IMG/VR virus record: IMGVR_UViG_3300042975_000098
Length of the DNA stretch: 64,000 nucleotides
Source: a virus
Strand: one strand, 5' to 3'
A program made the translations under genes and the position numbers. Under the pieces are notes generated by a model, which worked only from the letters and a program-made list of their open reading frames with translations, did not search any database and was not told the origin of the DNA. Positions 1 to 10,711 of the stretch are shown in pieces; position 1 is the first letter of the stretch; every line of letters begins with the position of its first letter.

Positions 1-367
1 AAGATACTCGTGGCCGCGCTCACGAAGTACGTCCGCGAGTTGAAGCTCGGCGAGCGCGACGTGTTCGTGAACGCTCTCGCCGGCGTGCGCGCGGTCGACC
101 CGAACGCCGACCTCGGCGTGGCGGCGGCGGTGGCGTCATCGGCTTTGGATCAGGCTCCGCGCTCGCGCACCATGTGGGTCGGCGAGGTGACGCTCACAGG
201 GCATGGTGGTGGGCCGTGGTCTCATCGAGAGCAAGGCGCGCGAGGCGATGCGATTGGGGTTCGAGCGCATCGTGATCCCCAAGTCGGCGATGTCGCCGGC
301 GCTGGGCTCCCTCGGCATCGAGGTGCGCCCCATCTCCCGGCTGTCCGACATCACGACCGTGCTGTGA
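1..367 (+). CDS. radA: RadA/Sms C-terminal Lon-like domain (5' part outside window; apparent +1 frameshift at G run 199-201)
   Basis: DVFVNALAG..DPNADLGVAAAVASS..GEVTLTG continues in the next frame as MVVGRGLIESKAREAMRLGFERIVIP..TTVL*, the typical RadA C-terminus. Confidence 0.8.
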
Positions 368-375
368 GCGCGACC

Positions 376-383
376 GGTATAAT
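376..383 (+). promoter_or_regulatory. GGTATAAT -10 element, leaderless spacing
   Basis: TATAAT at 378-383, 6 nt before ATG 390. Confidence 0.7.
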
Positions 384-389
384 GCCGAT

Positions 390-839
390 ATGGTTGACAG
401 CAATGACGGGACCGTGTACAGCGGCATCAAGATCGAGCTTCCGAGCTTCCCGGAGAGCAGGGGCGACGGGTACGTCCCGGAGAGGATCGTCGACCCGCAC
501 GGCGATTACCAGGACATCATCGCGGTGAACAAGGCCATCGACGGCGTGCGCATCCGGTTGTTCAAGGTGAATGCGCTGCTCAAGCACGTCGAGCGCAAGG
601 CCATCGAGGCGCAGGCCGCCTACGACCGCATGTTCAACAGGGCGTTTCTCGACGCCGAGGGGCGGACGGCGGAGATGAAGCGCTGTATCGCCCAGATTCA
701 GACGGAACCCGAGCAGAACAAGGTCCTCGTCGCGCAGCAGATGGCGAAGGAGCTTTCACGGCAGTCACGGCAGATGTCCATGGAACTGGAGGCGCTGAAA
801 ACCGTGTCCTATAACATCAGGAAGGTGAGTGACCTATGA
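390..839 (+). CDS. Coiled-coil protein, possibly UvsY-like recombination mediator
   Basis: 149 aa helical ORF with its own -10; C-terminal ALKTVSYNIRK is only loosely UvsY-like; function speculative. Confidence 0.4.
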   Translation: MVDSNDGTVYSGIKIELPSFPESRGDGYVPERIVDPHGDYQDIIAVNKAIDGVRIRLFKVNALLKHVERKAIEAQAAYDRMFNRAFLDAEGRTAEMKRCIAQIQTEPEQNKVLVAQQMAKELSRQSRQMSMELEALKTVSYNIRKVSDL

Positions 840-2353
840 TGAAACGAAGAATAGCGCTCGGCGGCATCATCGCCGCCATGGTCGCATGCGTGATCGCCAC
901 CATATGGTTCTCATGGTCGGCGTGGTCCGACTACCGCAGGCTTGTGGCGACGGCCAAGCCCACGAGCCGTTACTCGACCGCCTACCAGGCGAAGGACTTC
1001 CCCGGCATGTCCTACCCGAAGGCGCTCACCGATTCGATCGGCGGCGGCTGGAGGAACACCGGGGCCAAGAGCACGTCCATGATACCCGATTCATGCGTCG
1101 TGGTGCCCGACGCCGCGTCCATGCTCGTCCAGCAGACGTTCTCGTCCACGGCGGGCAAGCTGACCATACAGGTGTACGGCGCCGGTCAGGCCCGCAGACA
1201 GTACGATCAGTACGTGAACTCGCTGTCCAACTGCTACGCGGGGATGAAGGTCGATGGACAGACTACCATGTACCCCGACGGCATGCTGACCACCGCGGGC
1301 GACGTCATCGTGTCGTACACGGGCTCGGACGCCGGGCTGACGTCCAGGCTCCCCGGAGTGGTCCGCGACAGGCTGTCGGACTCCGGGTGCGTGGCGCTTG
1401 ACGAGCAGTCGGGCGACGCGACCAGATCGTTCTACTATGATGACAGGACCTACACGGGTCTCATCCAGCGGGAGACCGTCTCCATAGCGCCCACGTACGT
1501 CGACGAGGCGTCCCCGCAGTCGCTGGCGGACGCCGGCGGTCATCTGGAGGCGGTGTTCAAGGACCCGACCATCCAGTCGGTGTCGAAGCCCGAATCGCCG
1601 ACGCCCGGCGGCATGAAGACGTCGCTGCCGTCGGCGCCGTCGCAACCCACGTTGACGTCGGCGCCCACGAAGCCGTCGGCATCGAAGGTGATCTCATACC
1701 AGGTGGTGGACGCGAAGGGACCAGGATGCGGGTGGTCGTGGTCCGGCCAGTCGACGCCGAGGTTCGACTCGAAGCGGCTTGGCGCGAACAGCCGGACGCT
1801 AAGGGAGAACGCGAGGAACGACCTGCGAACCGCCGTGGCTTCGTACAATCAGCAGGCCGCGGCCTGGTCGGCGAACACGACGCTGGCGATGTCGTTCGCG
1901 ACGTCATGGGACTCCTACGTGTCGGACGTGAACGCCGTGTACGCGGCGTGGAACGACCTGAACGGCAAGCGCGACGCGTTCAAGCCGACGTGGGATGCCT
2001 ACATCGCCGAGTACACGGCATGGAAGCAGTGGGATGGCAAGCGAACTGACGCGGCGAACCAGTACGCGTCAGACCTTCAGAAGTGCGAGGCCGCGAAGAC
2101 CGGCTCGGCCACTCCGTCCCCGGACCCCTCGTCATCGGCATCGCCGACGGCCGGTGATGACACGCCGACGGGTTCGCCATCGGCGTCGCCGTCGCCGTCG
2201 CCGACCGCCACCGATGATGACAAGGCCAAGGCCGACTGCGCCGGGACGGTTGCGCGCCCGGCGATACTCGACCAGCAGAAACCGTCGAAGCCGGACCGGC
2301 CGCCCCTGCCATCCGGGATGACCATACCGGATTCGTGGACGCAGGATGACTGA
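836..2353 (+). CDS. Membrane-anchored/secreted protein with coiled coil and Pro/Ser/Thr-rich linkers
   Basis: N-terminal KRR plus hydrophobic helix; paired Cys; SPSASPSPSPT tracts; ATGA overlap with upstream gene. Confidence 0.65.
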   Translation: MMKRRIALGGIIAAMVACVIATIWFSWSAWSDYRRLVATAKPTSRYSTAYQAKDFPGMSYPKALTDSIGGGWRNTGAKSTSMIPDSCVVVPDAASMLVQQTFSSTAGKLTIQVYGAGQARRQYDQYVNSLSNCYAGMKVDGQTTMYPDGMLTTAGDVIVSYTGSDAGLTSRLPGVVRDRLSDSGCVALDEQSGDATRSFYYDDRTYTGLIQRETVSIAPTYVDEASPQSLADAGGHLEAVFKDPTIQSVSKPESPTPGGMKTSLPSAPSQPTLTSAPTKPSASKVISYQVVDAKGPGCGWSWSGQSTPRFDSKRLGANSRTLRENARNDLRTAVASYNQQAAAWSANTTLAMSFATSWDSYVSDVNAVYAAWNDLNGKRDAFKPTWDAYIAEYTAWKQWDGKRTDAANQYASDLQKCEAAKTGSATPSPDPSSSASPTAGDDTPTGSPSASPSPSPTATDDDKAKADCAGTVARPAILDQQKPSKPDRPPLPSGMTIPDSWTQDD

Positions 2354-2367
2354 TCTGCCGGTTTGGT

Positions 2368-2375
2368 GGTATAAT
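2368..2375 (+). promoter_or_regulatory. GGTATAAT -10 upstream of ssb
   Basis: TATAAT at 2370-2375, then SD-like AGGAAAGG before ATG 2416. Confidence 0.7.
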
Positions 2376-2415
2376 GTTGGTGAAGTCAATGACATGTTGT
2401 AGGAAAGGTTAAATA

Positions 2416-2988
2416 ATGGCACAGGCAAGCATGCAGGAGATCATCTACGGTGGCGTATCGTTCATCGGCGAGCCCCGCAAGTTCAACACCACGAACCGCG
2501 AGGGCAGGGAGGTGACGCGCACTGCTGTGAACATCAGCATCGCCGTCGCCCGCCGCCAGTTGAACCGCGACACCAACCAGTGGGAGGACACCGATAAGTT
2601 CTACGTGGACTGCTCGCTGTTCGACCGTCTCGCCGATAACGCGCTCGCTTCTCTTCACCTCGGTGACCGCGTGTTCGGCGTCGGCCGTCGCCAGTACAAG
2701 AAGCCGTGGACCGATAAGAACGGCGTGGAGCATAAGAACGACACGCAGGTGGTCCTCGACTACCTCGGTCCCGATCTGAACATGTGGCCATGGCAGGTGA
2801 ACCGTCCCGACCGCGCAGCCGGCTCCTCAAGCGCGCCGGCGAGCCGCCCGGCCCCAGCCAAGCGTCAGGCCACGGCCAAGGCACCGGCCGCGAAGACGCC
2901 GGTGACGAGCGCGCCCGCGGATGACCCGTTCGGCGATCTGGACATCGGCAAGGAGTTCGAGGCCGGCTCCGACCCTTGGGGCGACTGA
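2416..2988 (+). CDS. ssb: Single-stranded DNA-binding protein
   Basis: Actinobacterial SSB motifs (QWED..FYVDCSLFDRLADNALASLHLGDRV; LGPDL), Ala/Pro linker, acidic DDPF..DPWGD tail. Confidence 0.85.
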   Translation: MAQASMQEIIYGGVSFIGEPRKFNTTNREGREVTRTAVNISIAVARRQLNRDTNQWEDTDKFYVDCSLFDRLADNALASLHLGDRVFGVGRRQYKKPWTDKNGVEHKNDTQVVLDYLGPDLNMWPWQVNRPDRAAGSSSAPASRPAPAKRQATAKAPAAKTPVTSAPADDPFGDLDIGKEFEAGSDPWGD

Positions 2989-3017
2989 TTTTAATAGCGG
3001 TCTTGGTGACTCTGAAG

Positions 3018-3044
3018 GTGGGCGTGGGAATCCGCGCCCGCTTT
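3018..3044 (+). terminator. Probable terminator hairpin after ssb
   Basis: gtgggcgtgg..ccgcgcccgc stem followed by ttt. Confidence 0.55.
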
Positions 3045-3069
3045 CGTATATGGAAGGTATAATGCTGAC

Positions 3070-3870
3070 ATGGATAGAATCAACCCCTTCAACGGGAGAA
3101 CACCAGAGCAGGAAAACCGCCGTGCCGCGGACGATGAGTGGAAAAACCTCATCTCGGGACAGCCGTCGCCGGAGGAGACGCGACGAGCCGACCGCATCCG
3201 ACGACGGAGGACCGCGATCGGCATCACCATCGCCATCGTGGCGGTGCTCGCACTGTCTGTTGGCATGTTCCTCGCCGTGCGCGTTACGCTCAACCGTAAA
3301 CTTGACTATAACCAGCGTCAGTCGACGTCCACGTCGGCGCCGGCCTCGCCCACGGTGAAGCCGAACAAGGCGTCGCCGAACGGATCGTTCTCGAACCCGG
3401 CTGCGGCGGCGGACGGTATCGGCAATGCCCCCACCGGCGACGTCGGCGTCTCGTTCGACCTGTCGACCATGAAGTTCGTCAACCCGGACAAGACGTCGAG
3501 CGCGGTGTCGTTCCCGTTGTTCGAGTCGATGAAGGTGGTGTCCGAGCCGTGCGTGCTGAAGAGCGCCGCGGCGACATGCTACGTCGGCGTCGGCAAGGTG
3601 GGTTCGGCCGACGTGTCCGTGTACGCGTTCAGGAACGCGAAGACGTCCTCGCTGCTGTACTCGTCGGAGGCGAGCTCCAGCGTACCCAGCAATGGAGCCG
3701 CGTTCGCCTACACGCAGAAGGTGTCCGCGAATGGCAAGAGCCAGAACGGTCTGTTCATCGTGTTGAAGAACCAGAACGGCGTGCTGCTCACATCTTCGGA
3801 CGGGTCGGCGTTGTCATCGATCGCCAGCGATTCCGGCAAGCACTTCATGGTAACTGAGTCAGCGCAATGA
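3070..3870 (+). CDS. Single-pass membrane protein, unknown function
   Basis: RRRR plus TM helix; TATAAT at 3058-3063, 6 nt before ATG. Confidence 0.65.
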   Translation: MDRINPFNGRTPEQENRRAADDEWKNLISGQPSPEETRRADRIRRRRTAIGITIAIVAVLALSVGMFLAVRVTLNRKLDYNQRQSTSTSAPASPTVKPNKASPNGSFSNPAAAADGIGNAPTGDVGVSFDLSTMKFVNPDKTSSAVSFPLFESMKVVSEPCVLKSAAATCYVGVGKVGSADVSVYAFRNAKTSSLLYSSEASSSVPSNGAAFAYTQKVSANGKSQNGLFIVLKNQNGVLLTSSDGSALSSIASDSGKHFMVTESAQ

Positions 3871-4853
3871 CGGCGATTCTCACCAAGGATGGTCTGGAGC
3901 TTGATGACCCGGAGGTCATCGAGAAGATCGCCAAGTCGAAGATGTCGCCGTCAACGGTGTCGGGGCTGCTCCAGTGCCCGGCCCGGTTCATCGCCGCCAA
4001 GTACGTGGTCAAGGATCTCATTCCGCAGGACCCGCTCGGCGCCAACGTCCTCGGCACCACCTTCCACAAGGTCATGGAGTACTACTTCATGCTGCCGAAG
4101 GACAAGCGAACCACGCAGACGCTCCGCATGGCGCTCGCCAAGACCCTGCGCGATGACGAGTTCGCGCTGGTAAGGGATGACGATCAGGCCGTGGAGCGCG
4201 TGAAGGACATGGTTCGCGGCTTCTACCGGCTGAACACGCACCCGGAGACCGTGGACGTGGCCACCATCAAGAACGACTGGGGGTATGACAAGCGAGGGCT
4301 GGAACTGTACGTACAGGCCGACCTCGAGGATGGCATGCGCCCGGTCATGGGGTTCATCGACCGGTTGCGCGTCGGCGAGCGCGGGCTTATCATCGATGAC
4401 TGGAAGACCGGCGCCAAGGTGAAGGACTACGATCCGTCCTCACGGTTCCCCGATTTCGATTACGTTCGCCAGCAGACGTTGTACACGATGATTCTCGAGA
4501 AGATGGGCCATGAGGTGGAGTCCGCCAATCTCATATACCCTGTGGCGCGATGGTCGGATGGTTCCGGCGAGCATACCGGCAAGGTCACGTCGCTGCCGGT
4601 CCATGACAAGAAGATACGGTCCAAGGCGCTTGATGATGCCCGCAAGGCGAGCATGATGCTTGACTCGTCCGTGGAGAACAATCGTTACGAGTGCTCTCCG
4701 AGTCCGTTGTGCTCGTGGTGCCCGTTGGTGAACGTGTGCCCCGCGTCGTTGAAGATCAACAAGGAGAACGCCGTCGAATCGCGGGCGAAGCAGCCGGCGC
4801 CGGATGTGTTCTCCGGCCGGGTGACGTGGAGAAGCACGAAACCGGTCGAGTAG
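3867..4853 (+). CDS. PD-(D/E)XK RecB/AddB/Cas4-like exonuclease with probable Fe-S cysteines
   Basis: SPS..QCPARF, GTTFH, GFIDRL..IDDWKTG, Q..LY, CSWCP....C. Confidence 0.85.
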   Translation: MTAILTKDGLELDDPEVIEKIAKSKMSPSTVSGLLQCPARFIAAKYVVKDLIPQDPLGANVLGTTFHKVMEYYFMLPKDKRTTQTLRMALAKTLRDDEFALVRDDDQAVERVKDMVRGFYRLNTHPETVDVATIKNDWGYDKRGLELYVQADLEDGMRPVMGFIDRLRVGERGLIIDDWKTGAKVKDYDPSSRFPDFDYVRQQTLYTMILEKMGHEVESANLIYPVARWSDGSGEHTGKVTSLPVHDKKIRSKALDDARKASMMLDSSVENNRYECSPSPLCSWCPLVNVCPASLKINKENAVESRAKQPAPDVFSGRVTWRSTKPVE

Positions 4854-4899
4854 GGTACCATGGGGTGTCGGATGATGGAATCGCAGGAGGAGTCGTAAC

Positions 4900-6438
4900 G
4901 TGGCAATGAAAATAGAGGAGATGGCGCAGGAGGGGCTGGTATCCACGCTTCTCTACCTCCCCGAGAACGTCAAGGACGTGATGGGATTCCTTGGCGAGGA
5001 CGAGTTCAGCAATGGTCGGATGAAGACCATATACCATGCGGTGCTTGAACTCAGCAAGTCCAATCAGCCTATAACGTACGCCTCCGTGGTGTCCTGGCTT
5101 GACCTGAACGGCCGTCTGCAACCGGCCGGCGGGCCGGAGGAGCTTCGACGACTGTTCGGCGATGGAGCGATGAACGGCAGCGTACACACCATCGAGTACT
5201 GGGCGCGCATCGTCAAGGAGGCCGCGCTGAAGGAGCAGACGGGCGAGATTCTCGACAAGGCCAAGAAGGACTTGGCTAAGCCGGGCGTGCGGACGAAAAC
5301 CATCATCGGCAATGTCCAATCGGACTCTAATGACGTACTCATGCGCATCAGCGACAACGCCGATATCGTCGATCTGAAGGATTATTACCCCGAGTACTTC
5401 GACGAGATCAAGGAACGTCGCAGGATATACCAGGAATCGGGTGGCAATCCATTGGCGGCGAACCACGGCATACCATCCGGATTCCCCACCATCGACAAGA
5501 TCGTCGGCGGTTGGAAGCCCGGGCAATACATCACCGTGGCTGGAAGGACATCCGTGGGCAAGTCGTTCACCGTCTCCAACTTCCTCATCGCCGCCTGCGC
5601 CGACAACAAGTCGGTGCTCTTCTTCTCCGCAGAGATGCCGAAGAACGAGATCGTCGATCGTCTGCTCGCCGCCATTTCCAATGTGAAATATGCTCATGTC
5701 CAGAAGGGGAACCTCACTGACGAGGACATGGAGCACCTGTCGGCGGCGCACGAGACGTTCGATAAGATGAAAATAAAAATCGACTGCACTCCCGGTATGG
5801 ACATGAACCACATCAAGGCTGAGTCCATGAAGGCGGCCACCTCGGATAATGGTCTGGATATGGTCATCATCGATTATCTTCAGCTCATCACACCCGATAA
5901 CCCGCGCGACCAGCGCGAGCAGCAGGTGGCGAAGATATCATGGAGCATCAAGATGCTTGCGGCATCCCTGAAGATTCCGGTCATCTCCGTGTGCCAGCTT
6001 AACCGAATCAAGAAGGATGACGAGGACCCGACTCCCCGTATCGATGACATTCGCGAGAGTGGTCGTATTGCGCAGGATTCCGCGGTCATCATCCTCATCG
6101 ACAGGGACATTACGAACACTGACCCACACACACCGACAACATTCATCATCGGTAAGAATAGGAACGGCAAGACCGGAATACGCTTCAAATGCCATACGCT
6201 CCTGTCATACGGCAAGTTCAAGGAGATGAACGAAACCGGAGACATGTTCGACGAAGACGGTGAACCCAAGCAGATGGAAGATACCGGGAGCGCTGGCGAC
6301 AACGCCGACAAGCGGCCCGGCGTCACATCTGGATCGTCAACCGATGATGACAAGTACGCGCCCACGGACCCTGATAAGATGGATGCGTGGCTGGGCAGCG
6401 AATCATCGCCGTCCGACTTCGACAAGTTCGACTTTTAG
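4900..6438 (+). CDS. dnaB: Replicative DNA helicase
   Basis: GIPSGF, AGRTSVGKS (Walker A), FFSAEM, IIDYLQL, QLNR, DIRESGRIAQD, KNRNG; acidic tail. Confidence 0.93.
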   Translation: MAMKIEEMAQEGLVSTLLYLPENVKDVMGFLGEDEFSNGRMKTIYHAVLELSKSNQPITYASVVSWLDLNGRLQPAGGPEELRRLFGDGAMNGSVHTIEYWARIVKEAALKEQTGEILDKAKKDLAKPGVRTKTIIGNVQSDSNDVLMRISDNADIVDLKDYYPEYFDEIKERRRIYQESGGNPLAANHGIPSGFPTIDKIVGGWKPGQYITVAGRTSVGKSFTVSNFLIAACADNKSVLFFSAEMPKNEIVDRLLAAISNVKYAHVQKGNLTDEDMEHLSAAHETFDKMKIKIDCTPGMDMNHIKAESMKAATSDNGLDMVIIDYLQLITPDNPRDQREQQVAKISWSIKMLAASLKIPVISVCQLNRIKKDDEDPTPRIDDIRESGRIAQDSAVIILIDRDITNTDPHTPTTFIIGKNRNGKTGIRFKCHTLLSYGKFKEMNETGDMFDEDGEPKQMEDTGSAGDNADKRPGVTSGSSTDDDKYAPTDPDKMDAWLGSESSPSDFDKFDF

Positions 6439-6447
6439 GAGGATCGC

Positions 6448-6861
6448 ATGAGAAGGAGCACGCCGCGAAGCGCACGACCGGATGCGGCCGGCGCGCGCGG
6501 GCTATTCGGTGACGCTACGCCATCGGCCGACGTCGCCGCCAAGGCGTTCGTGGGACGCTTCCAATCAACCGACGCGTATGGCACGATGGTCGGGTCGTAC
6601 GCCGGGGCTTCGGGTGATTACGATATCGTGAACCACAAGATAGAAGCCGCATACCACCGGTTCGTCATCGTTCTCGGATGGCCGATGGATAAGTTCTTCA
6701 AGGTGCTGGCGAACGTGCTGACTCTCAAGATGGACGTCAGCCGTTACTCGTTCGGGCTTCTTGGAAGGAAATATGATGCCGGGCGCTTATCGAACGGCCC
6801 GCTTGAGGACATGGACATGAGGGATTACCACTACATCATAGGAGACCGACCATGCCGCTGA
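6448..6861 (+). CDS. Hypothetical protein
   Basis: SD AGGAGG; 137 aa ORF with the element's codon usage. Confidence 0.6.
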   Translation: MRRSTPRSARPDAAGARGLFGDATPSADVAAKAFVGRFQSTDAYGTMVGSYAGASGDYDIVNHKIEAAYHRFVIVLGWPMDKFFKVLANVLTLKMDVSRYSFGLLGRKYDAGRLSNGPLEDMDMRDYHYIIGDRPCR

Positions 6862-7547
6862 CATACGATGGCTCCGATGTCTTCCGCAAGAACGAGGACA
6901 ACATCGACGACTACACCAGGTTCCAGCAGCGTGACGATGCCGAGGTGGCCCGCATCCTACGCGAGGAGGAGGCCGCGAACCGCGCGAAGGCGGCGGCGGC
7001 ATGGAAGCGCTGGTGCCCGTCAACGTACGCCGACGCGACCATACGGAGCATAGCCGACTTCGACATCACGTCGGCGAGGACGCTGGCCTCGGCGGTGCGC
7101 GCATCCAAGTCGGATGCCCGGCCCCGTGGGATGCTCATCACGTCCGACGCTACATCCGGCGGCAAGACCTGGGCCATGTACGCGTACCTGTCGGCGCTGG
7201 TGAGGAACGGCGTGCTGACGAGACCGCTGGATGAGATCAGAATCACCACGGAATCGGACCTGTTCGACGGCCTGAGGAACTACTCGACCCGCGGCTCCAC
7301 GCTCCGATGGCTGTTCGCCGCAGGCGTCCGGCTCATCGCCGTCGACCCCATTCGCGGGGCAGAGGACAAGACCGGACTCGTATGGCCGCGAATCGTGGAC
7401 AAGGCGATGGCGACCGGCGTGTCGTTCGTGTTCTGCATGAACATCGACCGGAACAAGTTCGCTGGTGATGCGTTCCTCTCCAACGTCGACAAGCTTGTGT
7501 CGGATTCCGACAGCATCAACCTCACTGGCTGGCCGAACCATGGATGA
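6852..7547 (+). CDS. DnaC/IstB-like helicase-loader ATPase (divergent)
   Basis: W...CP..YADA, GMLITS..TSGGKT Walker A-like, LIAVD Walker B-like; downstream of dnaB. Confidence 0.55.
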   Translation: MPLTYDGSDVFRKNEDNIDDYTRFQQRDDAEVARILREEEAANRAKAAAAWKRWCPSTYADATIRSIADFDITSARTLASAVRASKSDARPRGMLITSDATSGGKTWAMYAYLSALVRNGVLTRPLDEIRITTESDLFDGLRNYSTRGSTLRWLFAAGVRLIAVDPIRGAEDKTGLVWPRIVDKAMATGVSFVFCMNIDRNKFAGDAFLSNVDKLVSDSDSINLTGWPNHG

Positions 7548-8383
7548 CGTCGATCGCGCCGACGTCATCACCATCGACAGCGTGAACCTTTCCCCCGAGC
7601 TCCCCGCCTACGACGCGCGCGCGAACGCCTACATGGAGTACGTGCTGGCGCGCGCCGCCGACGTCATCATGGTGCACGGGCTACGCGTCGGGTCGACGGT
7701 GCTGGACGCGGCCGGCGCGTACTCGGCGCATGTCGGCGAGGACCATGGCATGGGGTTCGTGAACGCCACGCTCATATCGTCGGCCGGCCGCATCGTGGGC
7801 TCGAAGGCGCTGCAGCTGTCGGCGAGACTGGGCGGCCGCACCGTCATCCTCGCACCGGATTGCCTGGTGGACCAAGTGTACTTCAATCGCCGGCCGGTCC
7901 GGCTGTACAACATGGAGAACGTCGCCGGGCCGTTCTTCGAGGCGCAGCGAACGTTCGTCGTCCGAAACGCTGGCGCGCGACTCGTATCTCACGCATCGCC
8001 GGGCGACCGGGCACGATGATGACCTCATGTACATGGCCGCGGACATGCATGCGCTGCCGGGCGCTGACTCCATGAGACTGCTCACCGGGCTGACCAGCCG
8101 GAAGGGAGTGCCGCCGTCGGCATGGTCGGACGTGTGGGACGAACTGCGTCATGGCGAGCCCGGGTACACGGATCGCGGGCGCGACGTGTTCAACGCGGAC
8201 ATCGTGCTCCCCGCCTACGTCCGTCAGCACAGGCGGTCGTACATGATGGCCTATGGCGATCTGTACGGTCGGGTCGGATCGCCGGTGAGCGTGGACGTCA
8301 TGGGCATGAAGTCCACCGCGAACGACATACCCTTCTCCGGGACGTATGGGCTCACCATGAGCGTGTACGTACCGAGGATATGA
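7540..8383 (+). CDS. Hypothetical protein, probably one gene with a +1 frameshift at G run 8009-8011
   Basis: Removing one G joins ..SPGDR to HDDDLMYMA.. of ORF 8027-8383. Confidence 0.5.
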
Positions 8384-8412
8384 ACATCAGTGAAATCGGA
8401 AAGGAACCGCAT

Positions 8413-9457
8413 ATGTCATCACCTGATCTCCATGATCTGGACGTCACCACCATCGAGGTGCCGTGGTCGAAGGGGAGGCGGGTTCGCGCCCGTTTCCATG
8501 ACCCTCGGCTCCATGGGCTTATGGTGCTCATGGTGGAGGATACCATCCCGTCGGGGGCGAGCGCCGGCGACCCGCTGGCCGCGGATCGTCTGGCGACGAT
8601 GATATGGAGGTTCCCGCGTAAGATCCTCCCCTGAGGTGAACACTCATCGCGTGTTCTCCCGTAACTCCGCATCGAGCCGTGCGCGCTCCATGAAGACGAC
8701 CCTGCGCCAGGTCATGACCGACCCGTACCTGCCGACGTGGACGTTGAACCGTCGCGGCATGACCGGCGAGTACGCCGATGACGGGACCGTCGCCGCCGCC
8801 GACAGGATAGCGCTGGCCGCGCGCGACTCGGCTGTGCTGTCCGTGCTCCGGCTGCTGCTGGGCAATGACCTCCCGGCCGATGCCCGCGCCGCCGACTGGG
8901 AACATTGGATCGACTGGTATAACGAGCACGTCTACAGAGCGGATACGCCGGATGCGGCGGCGCTGAGCATCCACAAGCAGGATGCGAACCGTTATCTGGA
9001 GCCATGGATGTGGCATGAGGCGCTGGTCACCTCATCGTACTGGGGCAACTTCCTCGACCTGCGGATATCCGATGCCGCGGAACCTTCCATCCACGCGCTC
9101 GCCGTGCTCGTGAAGGCCGTGCTGTCGGCCTCGACGCCATCACGGTCGTGGATACATGCTCCGTTCGTGGACGCTCCGGCCGCGATCACGCCGTCATTCG
9201 ATGACGTGCGCCCGCTGGTCATGCGATCGGCCAGCGAGTGCGCTCGCATCTCCTATAGGAACCGCTCCACGCTGGCGAACTCCGATTCCGGCGAACTGGG
9301 CGCGCGGCTTCTCCGCGATCGCCATCTCTCTCCGTTCGAGCATGTGGCGTTCGCGTCCGCCGACCTTCCGGAAGGCTGGGCTCCGGGCTCCCCGGCGTCA
9401 TGGGCATCCAACCTCGACCCGTCATGGCTGCAGCTCCGTCATGTCATCGCCGATTAA
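8413..9457 (+). CDS. thyX: Phage-type flavin-dependent thymidylate synthase (+1 frameshift at C run 8628-8631)
   Basis: RFPRKILP|EVNTHRVFSRNSASSRA, HKQDANRYLEPW, CARISY, HLSPFEH. Confidence 0.85.
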
Positions 9458-9471
9458 GGTATAATGGGTAA

Positions 9472-10710
9472 GTGGATAGCAATGGAAACTTCATACTGGC
9501 GCACATGTCGGACCTTCATCTGGGGTACCAGTCGGGCAGGAGACTGACCGACCGCGGCCTGAACCGCCGTGAGATGGATGGCTATAAGGCGCTCCACGTC
9601 ATGATCGATGACGTGATCGCGGACGGCGAGTCCGATGCCGTCCTTATCGCCGGCGACGTGTTCCACACGCCCTACCCGTCCATCATGTCGATCATGGTGG
9701 CGCAGAGCGAGATACGACGGCTGTCGGATGCGGGGATGCCGGTGTACATACTCACCGGGAACCACGATGTGTCCGACATCCAGTCAGAGCTTGCCGCGAC
9801 CGCGCTGCTGAACGACCCGGCGCGTTCCATATTCGCCCACTGGGAGGATTACGTGCTGCATAGGATCGGCGACGGAATCTACCTCCATATGGTGTCCCAT
9901 CATCTCTACAAGGATCAGGCGAGCACATGGGATAAGGTACGGCCGATTCCGGGGGCCATCAACATCTTCACCACGCACGGCGCGATGATCGACCCGCTCA
10001 CGAAGATGCAGCTCCACACGGAGCGGTCACCGCGCGAGGTCATCATCCCGAACGAGATCGTCATGAACCCGGCGTGGGACTACCGGCTGCTCGGCCACAT
10101 CCACGAGCGCGGTTTCGTCGGCTCGAAGGAGGCCGCCGAGGATGCTGGCAGCCTGCGAACATATTACAACGGCTCGCTCATCCGCCGCGGCTTCGCTGAC
10201 GGCATCACCGATCTCGGTCGCGGCTGGACGAAATGGACCATCACGCCGACAGGCGCGTTCTCCTTCGAGTCCAGGACGATAGCGCAGCGCCCGCAGATCG
10301 ATTTCCCCGTCATCGATGCGAGGACGCTGACGGCCTCGGAGGTCACCGACGTGATCCTTGACAATCTTGATTCGGTAAGGGCGGATGCAAACGTGCGCGC
10401 GGCTCCCATACTACGCCAGAGGGTCACGAACATCACCACGGATAAGAAGCGGGCGATCGACAACAACATGATATCGGATCACGCCTCGTTCGCCCTTGAA
10501 TGGCGTTCCGTGTTCAAGAAGGACGACTCGGATGACGCCGAGCATGAGACCATCGGCGCGCTGACCGGCAAGTCGCTGGACGAGCAGTACTCGAACTGGC
10601 TGGCCGATGCGAGCGCGTACAAGGATCTTCATGACTCCATCCGCGATGAGGTGGCCGATGATACGAAACGGTTCATAGCGATGGGCCAGGACTCGGTATT
10701 GGGGGATTAG
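9472..10710 (+). CDS. sbcD: SbcD/Mre11-like metallophosphoesterase nuclease
   Basis: SDLHLG, AGDVFH, GNHD, THG, LGHIH, YNGS; TATAAT at 9460-9465, 6 nt before GTG. Confidence 0.88.
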   Translation: MDSNGNFILAHMSDLHLGYQSGRRLTDRGLNRREMDGYKALHVMIDDVIADGESDAVLIAGDVFHTPYPSIMSIMVAQSEIRRLSDAGMPVYILTGNHDVSDIQSELAATALLNDPARSIFAHWEDYVLHRIGDGIYLHMVSHHLYKDQASTWDKVRPIPGAINIFTTHGAMIDPLTKMQLHTERSPREVIIPNEIVMNPAWDYRLLGHIHERGFVGSKEAAEDAGSLRTYYNGSLIRRGFADGITDLGRGWTKWTITPTGAFSFESRTIAQRPQIDFPVIDARTLTASEVTDVILDNLDSVRADANVRAAPILRQRVTNITTDKKRAIDNNMISDHASFALEWRSVFKKDDSDDAEHETIGALTGKSLDEQYSNWLADASAYKDLHDSIRDEVADDTKRFIAMGQDSVLGD

Positions 10711-10711
10711 C

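Noticed and set aside
3867-4853. Cas4-like nuclease as evidence of CRISPR-Cas
   Set aside because: No repeat-spacer array or other cas genes seen; a solo RecB/Cas4-like nuclease next to dnaB is common in phages and plasmids
8413-9457. thyX as a true pseudogene or TGA read-through
   Set aside because: One extra C in a C run explains the break and matches the window-wide +1 error pattern; catalytic motifs are intact
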